From Promethearchaeota archaeon (GTDB taxonomy: Archaea; Asgardarchaeota; Lokiarchaeia; Sigyniarchaeales; SOKP01): 56,566 nucleotides of DNA. Below, one piece after another: positions 39,920-49,815 of this stretch (its first letter is position 1; each line of letters begins with the position of its first letter). Where the stretch lies: assembly GCA_019894975.1 (NCBI GenBank), contig JAGXNO010000023.1, forward strand, positions 1 to 56,566, written 5' to 3'. The translations under genes and the position numbers were made by a program. The notes below the pieces were generated by a model. It searched no databases. It was given only the letters and a program-made list of their open reading frames with translations, and was not told the origin of the DNA.

Positions 39920-40486
39920 ATGGCAGAAAAAATAGCTGAAAAATTTGAAAATGCCATGAAAATTGGATTTATTAGTGCCCTTATTTTAATTGTCCTCGAA
40001 AAAGACACTTCTTATGGATATAAAATATGTAAGCAAATTGAAAGACGGACATTAGGGATATGGAATCCAGCCTCTTCAACTATGTATACTGCTCTAAAAG
40101 ATATGACGGAAAAAGGATTAATTACCTTCATAGAAAAACAAGTTGATGGAAGAAATAGAAAAATTTATGAAGTTACCCCGAAAGGTAAAGAAACATTGAA
40201 AATAATGCTTGAAAAACATAACGCTATTGAAGAATCAATTGAGACATTAAAAATTGCAATGCTAGGAGATGAAAAGGGTGAATTACCTAAAGGGTTTCAT
40301 AAAATTGGTCCTTTTGATCTTATTTTAAATAGATTGGATGAGAAATCTGATGATGAGAAGTTAGAATATCTAAAGCTTCAAAAATTGAGATTCTCTATAG
40401 ATAAAGAGAGATTAACTACAACCTTACAAAGAATTGAAGAAAATATTACACTTCTAAATAAGAAATTAAATAAAAAAGAGAGTTAA
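39920..40486 (+). CDS. PadR-family transcriptional regulator
   Basis: SYGYKI...STMYTALKDMTEKGLI...RKIYEVTPKG. Confidence 0.9.
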   Translation: MAEKIAEKFENAMKIGFISALILIVLEKDTSYGYKICKQIERRTLGIWNPASSTMYTALKDMTEKGLITFIEKQVDGRNRKIYEVTPKGKETLKIMLEKHNAIEESIETLKIAMLGDEKGELPKGFHKIGPFDLILNRLDEKSDDEKLEYLKLQKLRFSIDKERLTTTLQRIEENITLLNKKLNKKES

Positions 40487-40489
40487 ATA

Positions 40490-42256
40490 ATGAATTCATT
40501 TCGGATGATTTTTAAATATTGGTTGAGATCGAGGAAGTTTTTCATTCTCGAATTTACATACTTAGTAGTTTCAACAGTTTTTTACATGATGATACCTATC
40601 TTTATTGGGAGAATGGTTGGGGGCCTTCAATCAAGCGCACCCGTAAGAGCGTTTATATTTAATTTTTTTATTGTTTTATTATTTGCTACATTACATTATA
40701 TAGCAAACAGGGCAGCAAGACTGAGAGGAGCGGAAGTTTCATCTAGAGCTGTTTATCATCTTCGTACAGATATAAGTAATGCTATTTATCGACAATCATT
40801 TTCTTACTTTGATAAAACTGAGACAGGACAACTAATATCAAGGGCCACTAGCGACATAGAAGAAACTCAAATGATATTTGGGATGGGTTTAACATTAGGA
40901 CTCCAATCCATACTTCAAATAGGAGGTGTTATTATTGGTTTTCTATTTTTTAATGTGCTTTTATCATTAATATTAATACCCACGATTGGTTCTTCACTTC
41001 TTCTCTCATATTATATTGCTAAGAAATTAAAACCGATTTTTATGGACACAAGGGAAAGTTTTGGTGATTTAACAAGTACAATACGGGAGAATATTGTTGG
41101 TGCTCAGGTGGTACGCATGTTTAGTACTCAAGATAAAGAACGACAAAAATTTTTGACAAATAATAAAAGATTTTATGATGCCAGCGTTTCCTCAGTAAAA
41201 TACAATTCTCTATACTTACCCGCAATCTACATTATTATGGGTGTTATGACCATAAGTAATTTAGTGATAGGTGGTATTCGGTTTATTGAAGATCCTTCGG
41301 TTTTTGAAATAATAGTTACACTTCAATCCTATATTATTGCCCTTGGTTTTCCATTAATGATGTTTGGTCAAATAATGTTATCTTATATTCAGGCAGATGC
41401 GGCACTCACTCGTGTCAGAGAGGTTTTGGAATCAACCCCAGATATAAATGACCGTCCTGATGCTATTCCAATCGGAGACGACGCACCCTTAAAAGGGGAT
41501 ATTAAATTCGATGACGTATCTTTTGGATATACACCAGATCATAGAATATTAAAAAATGTGTCATTTGATGTATCTAGTGGGAAAACTATAGCAATATTGG
41601 GAACGACAGGATCAGGAAAATCAACAATTATTAACTTAATACCACGTTTTTACGAAGTTACTGAAGGTTCTATAAAAATTGATAACAGGGATATTCGTGA
41701 ATACTTAGTAAAGGATCTTCGTAAAAATATAGGGATTGTTTCTCAGGAAACTTATCTGTTCAATAAAAGTATAGCAAAAAATATTGCATATGGGAAAGAT
41801 GATGCAACTGAAGAAGAAATAGTAGAAGTATCAAAAATTGCTAATCTACATGACTTTATTATTACTTTACCTAAAGGTTATGATTCTATTGTTGGGGAAA
41901 GGGGAACAAGACTATCAGGAGGTCAAAAGCAACGCTTATCAATAGCGCGTGCTTTGTTAATAAAACCAAAAATCTTAATTCTTGATGATTCTACAAGCTC
42001 TGTTGATGTTGAGACTGAATACCAGATTCAAAAAGAATTGCTAAGAATGATGAAAGACACTACCACTATTATAATCACTCAGAGAATTTCTACAATTAGA
42101 GGTGCCGATTATATATTAATTCTAGACAGAGGAAGAGTTGTCGGATTTGGAGATCATGATGAGTTAATTGAATCAAACGTTTTATATAAACAAATCTACC
42201 AAACACTTTACATCAAACAAAAATCAAAAATTCAAGCAGAAGAGGAAACTAATTAA
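40490..42256 (+). CDS. Heterodimeric ABC exporter subunit (degenerate-site half)
   Basis: TMD plus NBD; GTTGSGKS, LSGGQ, Walker B LDDS, switch Q in place of H. Confidence 0.92.
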   Translation: MNSFRMIFKYWLRSRKFFILEFTYLVVSTVFYMMIPIFIGRMVGGLQSSAPVRAFIFNFFIVLLFATLHYIANRAARLRGAEVSSRAVYHLRTDISNAIYRQSFSYFDKTETGQLISRATSDIEETQMIFGMGLTLGLQSILQIGGVIIGFLFFNVLLSLILIPTIGSSLLLSYYIAKKLKPIFMDTRESFGDLTSTIRENIVGAQVVRMFSTQDKERQKFLTNNKRFYDASVSSVKYNSLYLPAIYIIMGVMTISNLVIGGIRFIEDPSVFEIIVTLQSYIIALGFPLMMFGQIMLSYIQADAALTRVREVLESTPDINDRPDAIPIGDDAPLKGDIKFDDVSFGYTPDHRILKNVSFDVSSGKTIAILGTTGSGKSTIINLIPRFYEVTEGSIKIDNRDIREYLVKDLRKNIGIVSQETYLFNKSIAKNIAYGKDDATEEEIVEVSKIANLHDFIITLPKGYDSIVGERGTRLSGGQKQRLSIARALLIKPKILILDDSTSSVDVETEYQIQKELLRMMKDTTTIIITQRISTIRGADYILILDRGRVVGFGDHDELIESNVLYKQIYQTLYIKQKSKIQAEEETN

Positions 42257-42268
42257 GGAGGGAAAAAG

Positions 42269-44788
42269 TTGGAAAACAATAATAAACAGGAAAAGGAAGA
42301 GGAAGAACAACAAGAAATAATCCAACCCAGTGCAGGCGCTCATCATAAATTTATGATGGATTTTGAATCAATAGAACTAGACAATTCTCGAAGCGCTTTA
42401 TGGAGATGGTTATTTTCCTATTTAAAACCATTTCGAGGGAAATTTTCTATTTATCTTATCTTCTTACTAATTGGTACATTGATAACTGCCATTACACCGC
42501 TAATTACATCTAGTATCATTGATAAAGGGATTATTGCGGGAAATATGCCATTTATTTTAATAATGAGTATCACATATTTTTCTTTACTATTATTTATGGC
42601 TATTACAACTTACTACTCACAATATGGCATGGGAAAGATGTCTCAAAGAATAACTTTTGATATAAGAAATGATCTTTTCTATAAACTACAAGACATGTCC
42701 CTAACTTATTTTGACCAAAGATCATCAGGGGATATTATGTCCATAACTACTAATGATGTTACTTTGCTTAACCAATTAGTAGGGGGTCAATTTGTGGGGA
42801 TAATTACTAGTATTGTTTCAATTGCTCTTACCGTACTTATCATGTTTATGCTCAACCCATTTTTAGCGTTAATTAGCTTGCCAGTTTTCCCTATATTCCT
42901 ACTTCTAACCGGTTTCTTTAGGAAGATGGCCATTGGATTATTCAAAGAATCTAGAAAGACAATTGGAAAGGTTACATCTTCTATACAAGAAAATATTGCT
43001 GGTGCAAAAGTAGTTCAAGCTTATGGTCAAGAAAAAAAAGCATCTTCGGAATTTGATAGAGCAAATAAAGCAAACTTTAATGCAATGATGAAAATACGGA
43101 GATATATGGCAACAATATTCCCATTAATCAACTTAATAACTACAGCCCTAACTGCTATTATTTTATTAGCTGGCGGTTTTAGTTTGCTAGGTAATGTTTC
43201 AATTTTCAATAAGACAGTTACGGTAGGTGTATTAAGCGCATTTATTGGGATATTGGGCCAATTCTTTCGACCATTTATGATGTTAATGCAAATTCAACAA
43301 GTTATTAATTCCGCAATGGCAGCAAGTGATCGTATTTATTCTTTATTAGAAGAGAAAGTTGAAATTCCAGATGATGAAAGTCCATTACTTTTTAATGATG
43401 TAAAAGGTATGGTAGAATTCGAAAGTGCGAGTTTCGGGTATATTTTAAACAATGAAAATGAGGAATCAAAAACGTCAATGATGTCTGGTCATCCAAGTAT
43501 GGAACAACATCCGATGATGAAACAAGCGTTGGAATTTATAAAAACCTTTCCTGAACCATATTCATCATTTATTATGAAGAATCTGATGCTAATACCGCCA
43601 GATTTAACCCGAAAACTAATGATGAGCTTAATGGGCTCAAAACCAGAAGAAATTCCAGATAAAATTGACACTTTCCTTGGGGAGTCTAAATATGCAGTAC
43701 CTAATACTGAATTTGCTAAATTGCATCCTGAATATAAAACTTCCTTTCATAAAGATAATGCAACCGAAGATGGTCAACCGATGAAAGAGGGACTTGAAAA
43801 ACCATCATTTTCTTTTGAGAGTATGATCCCCCCAGAGGCTATATCCATGATGGTTAAGTTTTTAGAAAGATCCCTTGGTTCTAAAACAGGTATGCAACAA
43901 ACCAGTGGGATGGGTGGAGAAGCTGGTGGGATGATGGGTGGTGGGATGAGCCAGATGACACCTCAGTCTATACTTCAAATGCTTGCAACTATAACAATTC
44001 CTCCAGAAGTGTATGATGATATTCCAAAGATAATTAAGGAAGCGATAATTGAACAGAAAACACTCATCCAACATTTGCAATCCAAAGGTTATGTTCTAAA
44101 AGATCTTTCTCTTAATATACCCGCAGGGACAACGGTGGCTATTGTAGGGGAGACTGGTGCGGGTAAGACAACGTTAATTAAATTGATTGCTCGATTTTAT
44201 GATTTAAATGACGGAAGTATACTTATTGATGGTATTGATATAAAGAATGTTCGTAAGAAGGATTTAAGAGATTTAATTGGGTTGGTTCCTCAAGACGCCT
44301 TTCTTTTTACAGGTTCTATAAAGGATAATCTTCTCTATGCCTTTGAGAACCCAACTAAGGCAGAAGAAGAAAAGATGATAGAAGTTTCAAAATTCTTAGG
44401 ATTGCACAATTTTATAGAAACTCTTCACAAGAAATATGATACTAAGTTAAAAGAAAATGCATCCAATATCTCAATTGGTCAAAGACAATTAATTGCTTTT
44501 GCTCGGGCATTGATTACAGATCCTAAAATCTTAATATTGGATGAAGCTACATCCTCGGTTGACCCCTATACCGAAACATTGATTCAAGATGCTCTAAACA
44601 AAGCACGTGAAGGAAGAACCACAATTATTATAGCTCATCGACTTTCAACGATAAAGAATGCAAACCTCATAATAGTTCTGGATTCTAATACGAAAGGTAT
44701 AGTAGAGCAAGGAAAACATGAGAGTTTGTTAGCATTGAATGGAAAATACAAGCGGTTATTAGATATGCAACACCGTGATATCGGCTAA
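42269..44788 (+). CDS. Heterodimeric ABC exporter subunit with a ~215-aa insertion in the NBD
   Basis: TMD, GETGAGKT, ISIGQ, LDEATS, AHRLST. Confidence 0.92.
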   Translation: MENNNKQEKEEEEQQEIIQPSAGAHHKFMMDFESIELDNSRSALWRWLFSYLKPFRGKFSIYLIFLLIGTLITAITPLITSSIIDKGIIAGNMPFILIMSITYFSLLLFMAITTYYSQYGMGKMSQRITFDIRNDLFYKLQDMSLTYFDQRSSGDIMSITTNDVTLLNQLVGGQFVGIITSIVSIALTVLIMFMLNPFLALISLPVFPIFLLLTGFFRKMAIGLFKESRKTIGKVTSSIQENIAGAKVVQAYGQEKKASSEFDRANKANFNAMMKIRRYMATIFPLINLITTALTAIILLAGGFSLLGNVSIFNKTVTVGVLSAFIGILGQFFRPFMMLMQIQQVINSAMAASDRIYSLLEEKVEIPDDESPLLFNDVKGMVEFESASFGYILNNENEESKTSMMSGHPSMEQHPMMKQALEFIKTFPEPYSSFIMKNLMLIPPDLTRKLMMSLMGSKPEEIPDKIDTFLGESKYAVPNTEFAKLHPEYKTSFHKDNATEDGQPMKEGLEKPSFSFESMIPPEAISMMVKFLERSLGSKTGMQQTSGMGGEAGGMMGGGMSQMTPQSILQMLATITIPPEVYDDIPKIIKEAIIEQKTLIQHLQSKGYVLKDLSLNIPAGTTVAIVGETGAGKTTLIKLIARFYDLNDGSILIDGIDIKNVRKKDLRDLIGLVPQDAFLFTGSIKDNLLYAFENPTKAEEEKMIEVSKFLGLHNFIETLHKKYDTKLKENASNISIGQRQLIAFARALITDPKILILDEATSSVDPYTETLIQDALNKAREGRTTIIIAHRLSTIKNANLIIVLDSNTKGIVEQGKHESLLALNGKYKRLLDMQHRDIG

Positions 44789-44897
44789 AAAGAATTTTCT
44801 TCTTAATTTTAAATAGTTATCCTTTATTTTTTCATAAACCTAATTTAGAATCTTTCCTTTTTAGATATAAACAACCATTCCTATTGGTGAACTACTA

Positions 44898-45620
44898 ATC
44901 CCATATTTTGAATATTCTGGAAAAAGGATATTCTATCAAGTCAAAAATAATGAGTCTCCACGGGCTCTTATATTTATTCATGGATCAGGTGGAAATTCAG
45001 ACATTTGGAAAGATCAATTAAACTTGAATGTAAATTATAATCTATACACACTGGATTTACCTTCTCATAGTAAATCCGACGAGTTTTCAGAACACTCGCT
45101 TGAATTATATGTAGATGTTCTTAGGAAATTCATTGAACATTTAGATTTAAAAGATGTAATCCTAGGCGGACATTCATTAGGTGGTGCAGTGATACAATCT
45201 TATTATTTTAAATATCCAAATGATGTCACTGCTTTATTATTAATTGGAACTGGGGGAAGATTACGAGTTTTACCTTCAACATTAGTAACTGTGAAAAATA
45301 ACTTCCCAAAGTTTATTGAAGATATGAATGATGATCGTAAAAATGAATTTTTAAAAACTCCCGGGAATGTTTGTTATGATGATTTTAAGATTTGTGATGG
45401 ATTTGATATACTTGATAAAACTGATTTAATCAACATTCCTTGTTTAATTTTAGTTGGTAAAGAAGATGAGATGACTCCCGTAAAATATTCAGAATTCTTT
45501 CACAAAAAGATAGAAAATTCTGAGCTAGTGATAATTGATAATGCAGGACATTTAGTTATGATGGACCAACCAAAGAAATTAAATGAAGCAATAGAAAATT
45601 ATATAAATAATTATCTCTGA
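44898..45620 (+). CDS. Alpha/beta hydrolase; true start probably ATC at 44898 (track start 45024 truncates the fold)
   Basis: The upstream in-frame segment encodes PYFEYSGKRIFYQ...LIFIHGSGG; GHSLGG, D and H catalytic motifs follow. Confidence 0.8.
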   Translation: MPYFEYSGKRIFYQVKNNESPRALIFIHGSGGNSDIWKDQLNLNVNYNLYTLDLPSHSKSDEFSEHSLELYVDVLRKFIEHLDLKDVILGGHSLGGAVIQSYYFKYPNDVTALLLIGTGGRLRVLPSTLVTVKNNFPKFIEDMNDDRKNEFLKTPGNVCYDDFKICDGFDILDKTDLINIPCLILVGKEDEMTPVKYSEFFHKKIENSELVIIDNAGHLVMMDQPKKLNEAIENYINNYL

Positions 45621-45632
45621 ACCCTAAAATAG

Positions 45633-46433
45633 ATGCCGAGAGTATATACTTATGGTCCTTTTCAATCAAGGCGATTAGGCCTCTCATTAGGTATAAATGT
45701 GCTACCTAATTATAAATTATGTACTTTCAACTGTGTGTATTGTGAAATTGGAATTACAGAAAAGGATAGTCTAGTTTCTCCCGATTTCAGAATTAAATTA
45801 CCCCCTTCTGCTAGTTTTAGAAAAGAATTAATTTCAATATTAACTCATGTTCCACATTTAGATTCCATTACCTTTGGCTATAATGGAGAACCAACTCTAA
45901 ATGAAAACTTATTGGATTTTTTAAAAATTGCCACAGAAGTAAGGAATAAATTAGATTGGATAAAACAGCAACCAAAGTTGACGATCTTTACGAATTCTAG
46001 TACAATTCATCATAAAATAATCAGAGAGAGAATAAGAAATTTTGAGTTAGTATTAGCTAAGCTAGATGTGGCTACTAGTGAAGATTTTAAGCGTACAAAT
46101 CGTCCACACCTAAATTCTCCTAATATTGGAACAATTATAGATTCTTTAGCTAAATTGAAGCAAATAATGCCTAAAGATCATAAATTAACAGTTCAAAGTT
46201 TACTTTATAATTCATATAGAGAAGATTTCATGCCAAATAATAATGAAAAAAATATAATTGAATTAGCCAATGCTATTAAAAGAATTAAACCAGATTATGT
46301 TCAAATCTATTCAACAGCAAGAATTCCCGCAGAATATTTTGTATATAGTATTGATGACATCAGAAAACAAGAAATAGTTAAGTATATAGAAGAAATAGTT
46401 CAAGATAAGAATGTTCAAGTCAATTTCTATTAA
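45633..46433 (+). CDS. Radical SAM protein (COG0731/TYW1-related)
   Basis: YGPFQSRRLGLSLGIN, CTFNCVYC, GEPTL. Confidence 0.85.
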   Translation: MPRVYTYGPFQSRRLGLSLGINVLPNYKLCTFNCVYCEIGITEKDSLVSPDFRIKLPPSASFRKELISILTHVPHLDSITFGYNGEPTLNENLLDFLKIATEVRNKLDWIKQQPKLTIFTNSSTIHHKIIRERIRNFELVLAKLDVATSEDFKRTNRPHLNSPNIGTIIDSLAKLKQIMPKDHKLTVQSLLYNSYREDFMPNNNEKNIIELANAIKRIKPDYVQIYSTARIPAEYFVYSIDDIRKQEIVKYIEEIVQDKNVQVNFY

Positions 46434-46519
46434 CTATTTTACAAATATTTTAATAGTGTATAGATAAAACCATATTATTATTCAAGATTTAATCTTAGGT
46501 TGTATATAATTTTTATATT

Positions 46520-47533
46520 GTGAGGTACATGAAAGAGGAGTATATTGCGGGTATTGATATAGGGGGAACATGGATTCGAGTTGCACTATGTACAAAAGAT
46601 TTAAAAGAAGATAATATTATAAAGAAAACATCTAAAACATTAAAGGAAACAAAATTCTCGATTAGTAAGTCGGTTTGTGAAATCTTATCTGAATTATTAA
46701 CAGAAAATCAAATAAAGAAAGAACAACTCATCGGGATAGGAGTAGCTTCAGCTGGTCCTTTAAATATACATACAGGAGTAGTTTTCAATAATGCAAATCT
46801 TGGATTCAGAGTGATTCCCTTAAAGGAGCCAATTGAGCAAAATTTTCCAGGAATACCTTTGTATTTCATTAATGACGGCAGTGGTGCTGTACTTGGGGTG
46901 TATAACTTCGAAGCTGAGGAAGAGGAAAGAGATAACTTAGTCTATATTACCATTTCAACGGGAATCGGCGGGGGAGCAATTTGCAATGGTCACTTATTAT
47001 TGGGGAAAGAAGGAAATGCGGTGGAAATTGGACATGGATCAGTTGAACCCCGAAGTAAAGTGAAATGTAAATGCGGAGCATATGGATGTTGGGAAGCATA
47101 TAGTTCTGGTACCGGGGTACAATCAAGAACTTTGGATGCACTAGAAAAGAGAGATTCTAATGCAGATAAATTACTAGAGATCGTAGGTGGAGATATATCC
47201 AAAGTTACCGCTAAAGAAATCTTCCAGGCAGCACGTGAAGGCGATAATCTGTCAAGAAAGATTGTGGATGATTGTATCTTCTATAGTAAAGTGGGAATAG
47301 GTTTAATTAATACTTATTATGATTGTTCAGCAATATATATCGGAGGAGCGATGATGAGAGATAAAGAACAAATTATACCTCATATAGTTAAACAATTTGA
47401 AGATGATCCCCTTATGTTTACAATTAATCACCCACCAAAAATAAAAACTACAAAATATGAAGACGAAATTGGGCTAATGGGTGCTTTAACATATGCAAAA
47501 TATAGAATTGAAGAAAACAAAACACTTATTTAA
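46520..47533 (+). CDS. ROK-family sugar kinase
   Basis: GIDIGGT, STGIGGG, EIGH, CKCGAYGCWE. Confidence 0.92.
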   Translation: MRYMKEEYIAGIDIGGTWIRVALCTKDLKEDNIIKKTSKTLKETKFSISKSVCEILSELLTENQIKKEQLIGIGVASAGPLNIHTGVVFNNANLGFRVIPLKEPIEQNFPGIPLYFINDGSGAVLGVYNFEAEEEERDNLVYITISTGIGGGAICNGHLLLGKEGNAVEIGHGSVEPRSKVKCKCGAYGCWEAYSSGTGVQSRTLDALEKRDSNADKLLEIVGGDISKVTAKEIFQAAREGDNLSRKIVDDCIFYSKVGIGLINTYYDCSAIYIGGAMMRDKEQIIPHIVKQFEDDPLMFTINHPPKIKTTKYEDEIGLMGALTYAKYRIEENKTLI

Positions 47534-47551
47534 GGATAAATAAATCATTAA

Positions 47552-49000
47552 GTGGGGAATATGGAAGAATTAAATTTACTCTTTACTCCAAGTGGGATTC
47601 GGGGGAGAATTGAAAAAGATCTTAGTCCCCAGATTGTTAAAAAAATTGCAATCGCATTTGGTATGTTATTGAAAAATAGTGATAAAAGATTAATTATCGG
47701 TAGAGATACTAGACCAAGTGGGAAAGAATTTGAAAAAGAAGTTATTGAAGGATTAATTATAAATGGTTTTAAAATAATAAATGCAGGAATTTGCCCAACC
47801 CCCATTATAATTCATGCTAAAAATAGACTTAACATTCCAGGAGGTGTTATAATTACAGGATCTCACAACTCTGAAGAATGGAATGGTTTAAAATTACTCT
47901 CTACTGAAAATTTTCTAGACAAAGCTGAAATGGAGGAAATCAAAAAGAGATTAAGTTCAATTAATTTAAAGGCTTTTTCTCATAAGAAAATAAAAACTTA
48001 TGAACATATAGAAAATTTGAATCCTTTTTTGCATTACACTCAAGATCTCTTTAAGCACATTGATCTAAAAAGCATTATCTCTGGAAATAACCTTAGAGTA
48101 GTAATTGATTCAGGTGCGGGAACAGGTAAGTTTGCGACTCCTCAAATATTAAAAAAGATGGGTTGCAAAGTTAGATTGATAAATAATAAATTGCTTGTTA
48201 AAAGTGCATTTCCTCGAGGAATTGAACCGAAAGAAACCAATCTTAGAGATTTAATAATGGAAGTATGGCAAGGTAAGTATGATCTGGGTTTTGCTCACGA
48301 CTCAGATGCAGATAGATTAGCTATTATTGGTGATGATGGTGCTTACTATACAGGAGATATTGGCCTGTCACTTATTGCAGATGATTATCTAAAAAACTAT
48401 GGTAATTCAAGTAAAGAAGTGATTATAATTACGAATATTGCTTCCTCATTACGATTTGAAGTATTGGCAGAAAGATACAATGCAAGAGTAATTCGCACAT
48501 CAATAGGAGAGAGATATTTAACTGCGAAAATGAATATGTTGATTAAAGAAAAGGGTAATGACCCGGAGATTCTATTAGTATTTGGGGGGGAAGGTTCAGG
48601 TGGAGGATTAATATTTCCTTATTTTAATAAAACTAGAGATGGGATTTTTGCCGCGGCAAAAATTATAGAAATACTGGTAAAGACTGAACAAAAAATATCA
48701 GATTTAGTTTCCAATCTCCCTAAGTATTATTCCCACAGAGAAAAAATCGATATTAGAAATGTCAATGTTAGTATATTAATTGATCGTATTAAAAAAGAGC
48801 TTATTGAAGAAGGTGAGGATGCAGTGCAAACTGACCTTGATCTACGATTTGGTGTGGGTAAAGAATGGTTTATATTAATTCATCCTTCTAATACAGAGCC
48901 AGTTATTAGAGTTATCAGCGAAGCAAAAAGAAAATCTTTAGCAAGAGTGTATTGTGAAGCTACAGCTGAACTTGTAAAGTTAGTTCTTTCAAGGATGTAA
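47552..49000 (+). CDS. Phosphohexomutase (PMM/PGM/GlmM family)
   Basis: ITGSHN, DSDADR, GGEGSGG, PSNTEPVIRVISEA. Confidence 0.9.
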   Translation: MGNMEELNLLFTPSGIRGRIEKDLSPQIVKKIAIAFGMLLKNSDKRLIIGRDTRPSGKEFEKEVIEGLIINGFKIINAGICPTPIIIHAKNRLNIPGGVIITGSHNSEEWNGLKLLSTENFLDKAEMEEIKKRLSSINLKAFSHKKIKTYEHIENLNPFLHYTQDLFKHIDLKSIISGNNLRVVIDSGAGTGKFATPQILKKMGCKVRLINNKLLVKSAFPRGIEPKETNLRDLIMEVWQGKYDLGFAHDSDADRLAIIGDDGAYYTGDIGLSLIADDYLKNYGNSSKEVIIITNIASSLRFEVLAERYNARVIRTSIGERYLTAKMNMLIKEKGNDPEILLVFGGEGSGGGLIFPYFNKTRDGIFAAAKIIEILVKTEQKISDLVSNLPKYYSHREKIDIRNVNVSILIDRIKKELIEEGEDAVQTDLDLRFGVGKEWFILIHPSNTEPVIRVISEAKRKSLARVYCEATAELVKLVLSRM

Positions 49001-49153
49001 TTTTTTTTAATTTTCTAATTATAAACTATCATATTTTATAGCCCGCTATTTTCCCATTCACTCTTTAATAATTCGACCGACCGTTAATTTTAAATATTAA
49101 AGTATACTCTTTTTTCTTCAAACATATTTGTTGATAAATCATGGATATGAAAC

Positions 49154-49419
49154 ATTATAGACGGATTGGATTGGTTCGTGGAGATATGCTAATCCGTAAT
49201 CCGTTTAGTAATACTTCAATGGCCATGACATTAATGTATGTGAAGGTTTGAGTACATAACTTCCATGCATTATCCTCATAAATTCGTAAAATCAACAAAA
49301 CTTTGAAATTTTCCCTGATACTTCTTATACAATAACTCAATAGCAGTATCGCTTTTTGATTTAAATCCAAATTTCTTACAAGTCTTCTACACTGTAATAG
49401 CTCTGATGCTCAAAGACTT
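49154..49419 (+). ncRNA. Candidate structured leader or ncRNA with four hairpins
   Basis: Stems 49158-49175/49188-49207, 49232-49245/49260-49272, 49317-49322/49345-49350, 49380-49386/49413-49419; G-U pairs favour the + strand. Confidence 0.5.
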
Positions 49420-49493
49420 CAAAATAGGATAATTAAATATGTTTTTTAATTGAAAATAAAAAGTATAAAAAAAATAGAGGAAAAAAAAAAGAG

Positions 49494-49712
49494 GTGAAAA
49501 AGTTGTTAAATTTAAAGGAATGGGCAGTAGAAAGAGATTCTGTTTTGGTTGAAAATTATCAAGAATACAATGGAGAAGAGAAGTCAAATCGAAAATTAAG
49601 AGAACTTCAGTTAAATGGCTTATATAATCCGAGATACTGTGAAGAGAAAGAATCATACAGAGTTAATCTAGGCGCCCTAAGGTCTTATTACAGTATAGGT
49701 CATCCACGCTAA
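49494..49712 (+). CDS. Small hypothetical protein (possible TTG start at 49503)
   Basis: GAGGTG SD-like motif 6 nt before the TTG. Confidence 0.5.
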   Translation: MKKLLNLKEWAVERDSVLVENYQEYNGEEKSNRKLRELQLNGLYNPRYCEEKESYRVNLGALRSYYSIGHPR

Positions 49713-49815
49713 AGAGGCAAATCATTATAATGTCAGCAGATAAAATCAAGATAGGACTAGGACAGGATCAATTAGAATCAAATAAAATTTTTTTAGTAGT
49801 TTAATTTTCTTTACT

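Noticed and set aside
43442-44088. Intein in the ABC transporter
   Set aside because: No N-terminal Cys/Ser block A, no His-Asn C-terminus, no homing endonuclease motifs
49155-49656. Minus-strand ORFs 49155-49370 and 49387-49656; RNase P/SRP/SECIS identity for the hairpins
   Set aside because: The ORFs are low-complexity and motif-free; conserved RNase P, SRP and SECIS core motifs were not found
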